The position numbers and the translations under genes are program-made. From a virus (lineage: Duplodnaviria > Caudoviricetes), in the IMG/VR virus record IMGVR_UViG_3300005253_000632, positions 1 to 57,978 of that record: a stretch of 57,978 bases of DNA, one strand, 5' to 3'. The notes beneath the pieces were generated by a model. That model was not told the origin of the DNA and did no database searches. It was given only the letters and a program-made list of their open reading frames with translations. This document shows positions 56,789 through 57,978 of this stretch, one piece after another (position 1 is the first letter of the stretch; every line of letters starts with the position of its first letter).

Positions 56789-57123
56789 CAATGTCGCTTT
56801 TACCTAAAAGCGCTACTCCATGCGGCACGTAATGAACGCCCCCTTGACAGCGCCCTTGGCAATTTCAGGCAGCGGGCTTTCGTCGCCCATCAATATCCAA
56901 TAGGATTCCTGCATGGATGCAATCTCGGCCCGCAGCTTGGCCTTGTCGGCTTGTAGCCCACAGATCGTACAAGTACAGCAGCCACTAGGATTGCAGGTGT
57001 TGCAAGTAGATAACTTCATTGGCTTAATGTGATGGGTACAGACGGTGCAGCCGGGCTCATCTGTCGCTGGCTCGCTCATGTCATCATCCTACCACAGAGT
57101 GTCGCCTTTGCAAGGCGCTACTC
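56789..57123. repeat. Array 2 of palindromic gene-boundary sites (56789-56818, 57097-57123)
   Basis: Same consensus as array 1; second site has compensatory CCTT/AAGG. Confidence 0.9.
56813..57079 (-). CDS. Cassette-like Cys-rich gene
   Basis: TAG inside the palindrome; N-half shared with 38823..39083. Confidence 0.75.
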   Translation of the reverse strand: MSEPATDEPGCTVCTHHIKPMKLSTCNTCNPSGCCTCTICGLQADKAKLRAEIASMQESYWILMGDESPLPEIAKGAVKGAFITCRME

Positions 57124-57381
57124 CGGTTTGGCCTTGGCGAGGGCGGCGTGCGTCTTGTTGTGCCAATCCCCAAACAGGAATTCTAGTTCATCGCTGCCCT
57201 CGACAGCCCCAACAGTTCCGGCCTCCTGATGTTTCTTGAGTGCATTTGAATACCGCCCGCCCGCCTCGCACGCCGCGAGCAGGTCTTTGAATGCGTCGCA
57301 ACGAGGACACAGGTTTTCGTCCAACGAAACGCCCTCTGGCACCACAAAGTCTATGTTGCACTGGTAGCACGCGATCTTCAT
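57118..57381 (-). CDS. Cassette-like gene with DLLAACE module
   Basis: AGGAGG RBS; TAG inside the palindrome. Confidence 0.75.
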   Translation of the reverse strand: MKIACYQCNIDFVVPEGVSLDENLCPRCDAFKDLLAACEAGGRYSNALKKHQEAGTVGAVEGSDELEFLFGDWHNKTHAALAKAKPE

Positions 57382-57584
57382 TGCGTGGCCTCCTGTTGTT
57401 GTTCCCATTCAGCCTGAAAGCGCTGCTCTTCTGTCTGTCCTGTTCTAGCCCCGCCCTTTTCGCTGTGGCCGCATCCGCACCGCCAGTTCCAGGGATATTT
57501 CGCTGGCTCGGTAAGGATGACGGCGCCGGTATCCCACTGGATCATCTTTGCTGAGCATTTGGGGCATTGCTTGTTGTCGGGCAT
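57378..57584 (-). CDS. Zn-ribbon-like protein, paralogue of 35386..35580
   Basis: AGGAG RBS; CPKC..KMIQW. Confidence 0.75.
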   Translation of the reverse strand: MPDNKQCPKCSAKMIQWDTGAVILTEPAKYPWNWRCGCGHSEKGGARTGQTEEQRFQAEWEQQQEATQ

Positions 57585-57615
57585 TGGGTTCTCCTGTTCA
57601 TAAAAGCCACCACTC

Positions 57616-57643
57616 ATCATACCACATGTCCAAGAAATGGCAA
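57616..57643 (-). promoter_or_regulatory. Promoter TTGCCA-16-TATGAT with TGTGG, facing array 2
   Basis: Same geometry as the 30248 and 46676 promoters. Confidence 0.6.
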
Positions 57644-57978
57644 ACCCGCGACGGACAGATCACGCTGTACTGCGGGGATTGTCTCGACATCCTGCCCACG
57701 CTGGAGGATGGCTCGGCAGACTTCATCTTCACAGACCCGCCCTACGGGCACAACAACAACAACGGAGACCTGATCGCCAACCGGGAGGCAGCGCTCGGGC
57801 GGGGCAAGCCCGGCAAGCCGCGTCCGATCTCCAACGATGGCCACGAGGCTGCGAGCAAGCTGTTCAAGTTTCTTGTCCATGAATCTGATCGCCTGTTGAA
57901 CCGTGGAGGCTGCTGCTGCTGCTGCTGCGGCGGCGGCGGCGGCCCAGACCCGCAATTTGCACGCTGGGCTTTGTGGAT
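57626..57978 (+). CDS. N6-adenine/N4-cytosine DNA methyltransferase (3' truncated, not in ORF track)
   Basis: LYCGDCLDILP.L...S.D.IFTDPPYG. Confidence 0.9.
   Translation, partial: MSKKWQTRDGQITLYCGDCLDILPTLEDGSADFIFTDPPYGHNNNNGDLIANREAALGRGKPGKPRPISNDGHEAASKLFKFLVHESDRLLNRGGCCCCCCGGGGGPDPQFARWALW

Larger units (their letters stand above)
1..57978. mobile_element. Near-complete tailed phage/prophage genome (HK97-type head, non-contractile tail)
   Basis: Contiguous terminase-portal-protease-capsid-neck-tail module, Red-like recombination genes and an HK97 gp74-like HNH; no host housekeeping genes; no sheath or baseplate genes recognised. Confidence 0.95.

Noticed and set aside
57405-57430. 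Additional boundary site (TTCAGCCTGAAAGCGCTGCTC)
   Set aside because: Only one arm matches and it lies inside coding sequence shared with the 35386 paralogue

Overview
The window is almost all of one ~58 kb long-tailed (siphovirus-type) phage or prophage genome with an HK97-fold capsid. It starts inside the terminase large subunit and ends inside a DNA methyltransferase just downstream of the packaging HNH nuclease. Order: TerL, portal, protease, capsid, decoration, neck, tail tube, frameshifting chaperone, tape measure, tail tip and fibre, membrane/lysis-like genes (1-29 kb); then csrA, an SMC-like ATPase, YqaJ/RecT and many small early genes (29-44 kb); then an accessory arm (44-58 kb). A Planctomycetota-like host is inferred, not shown, from the GACC Cys-repeat protein. 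Most notable: (1) eight copies of a ~30 bp imperfect palindrome, consensus GAGTGTCGCTTT-N3-6-AAAGCGCTACTC, sit at the boundaries of small minus-strand genes in two arrays, one of them beside a divergently oriented catalytic-domain-only tyrosine recombinase, giving an integron-like cassette architecture; (2) at least seven other single genes are bracketed by 11-18 bp direct repeats; (3) four copies of a tRNA-mimic-like structured RNA element; (4) a glycan kit (Gmd, Fcl, a methyltransferase-glycosyltransferase fusion, two more methyltransferases and a sulfotransferase), much of it inside the head/neck operon; (5) a 921 aa tail-region protein made of ~17 Cys-rich GACC repeats; (6) a C5 methyltransferase with motif IX in an overlapping frame. 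All calls come from motif recognition by eye; no searches were run.
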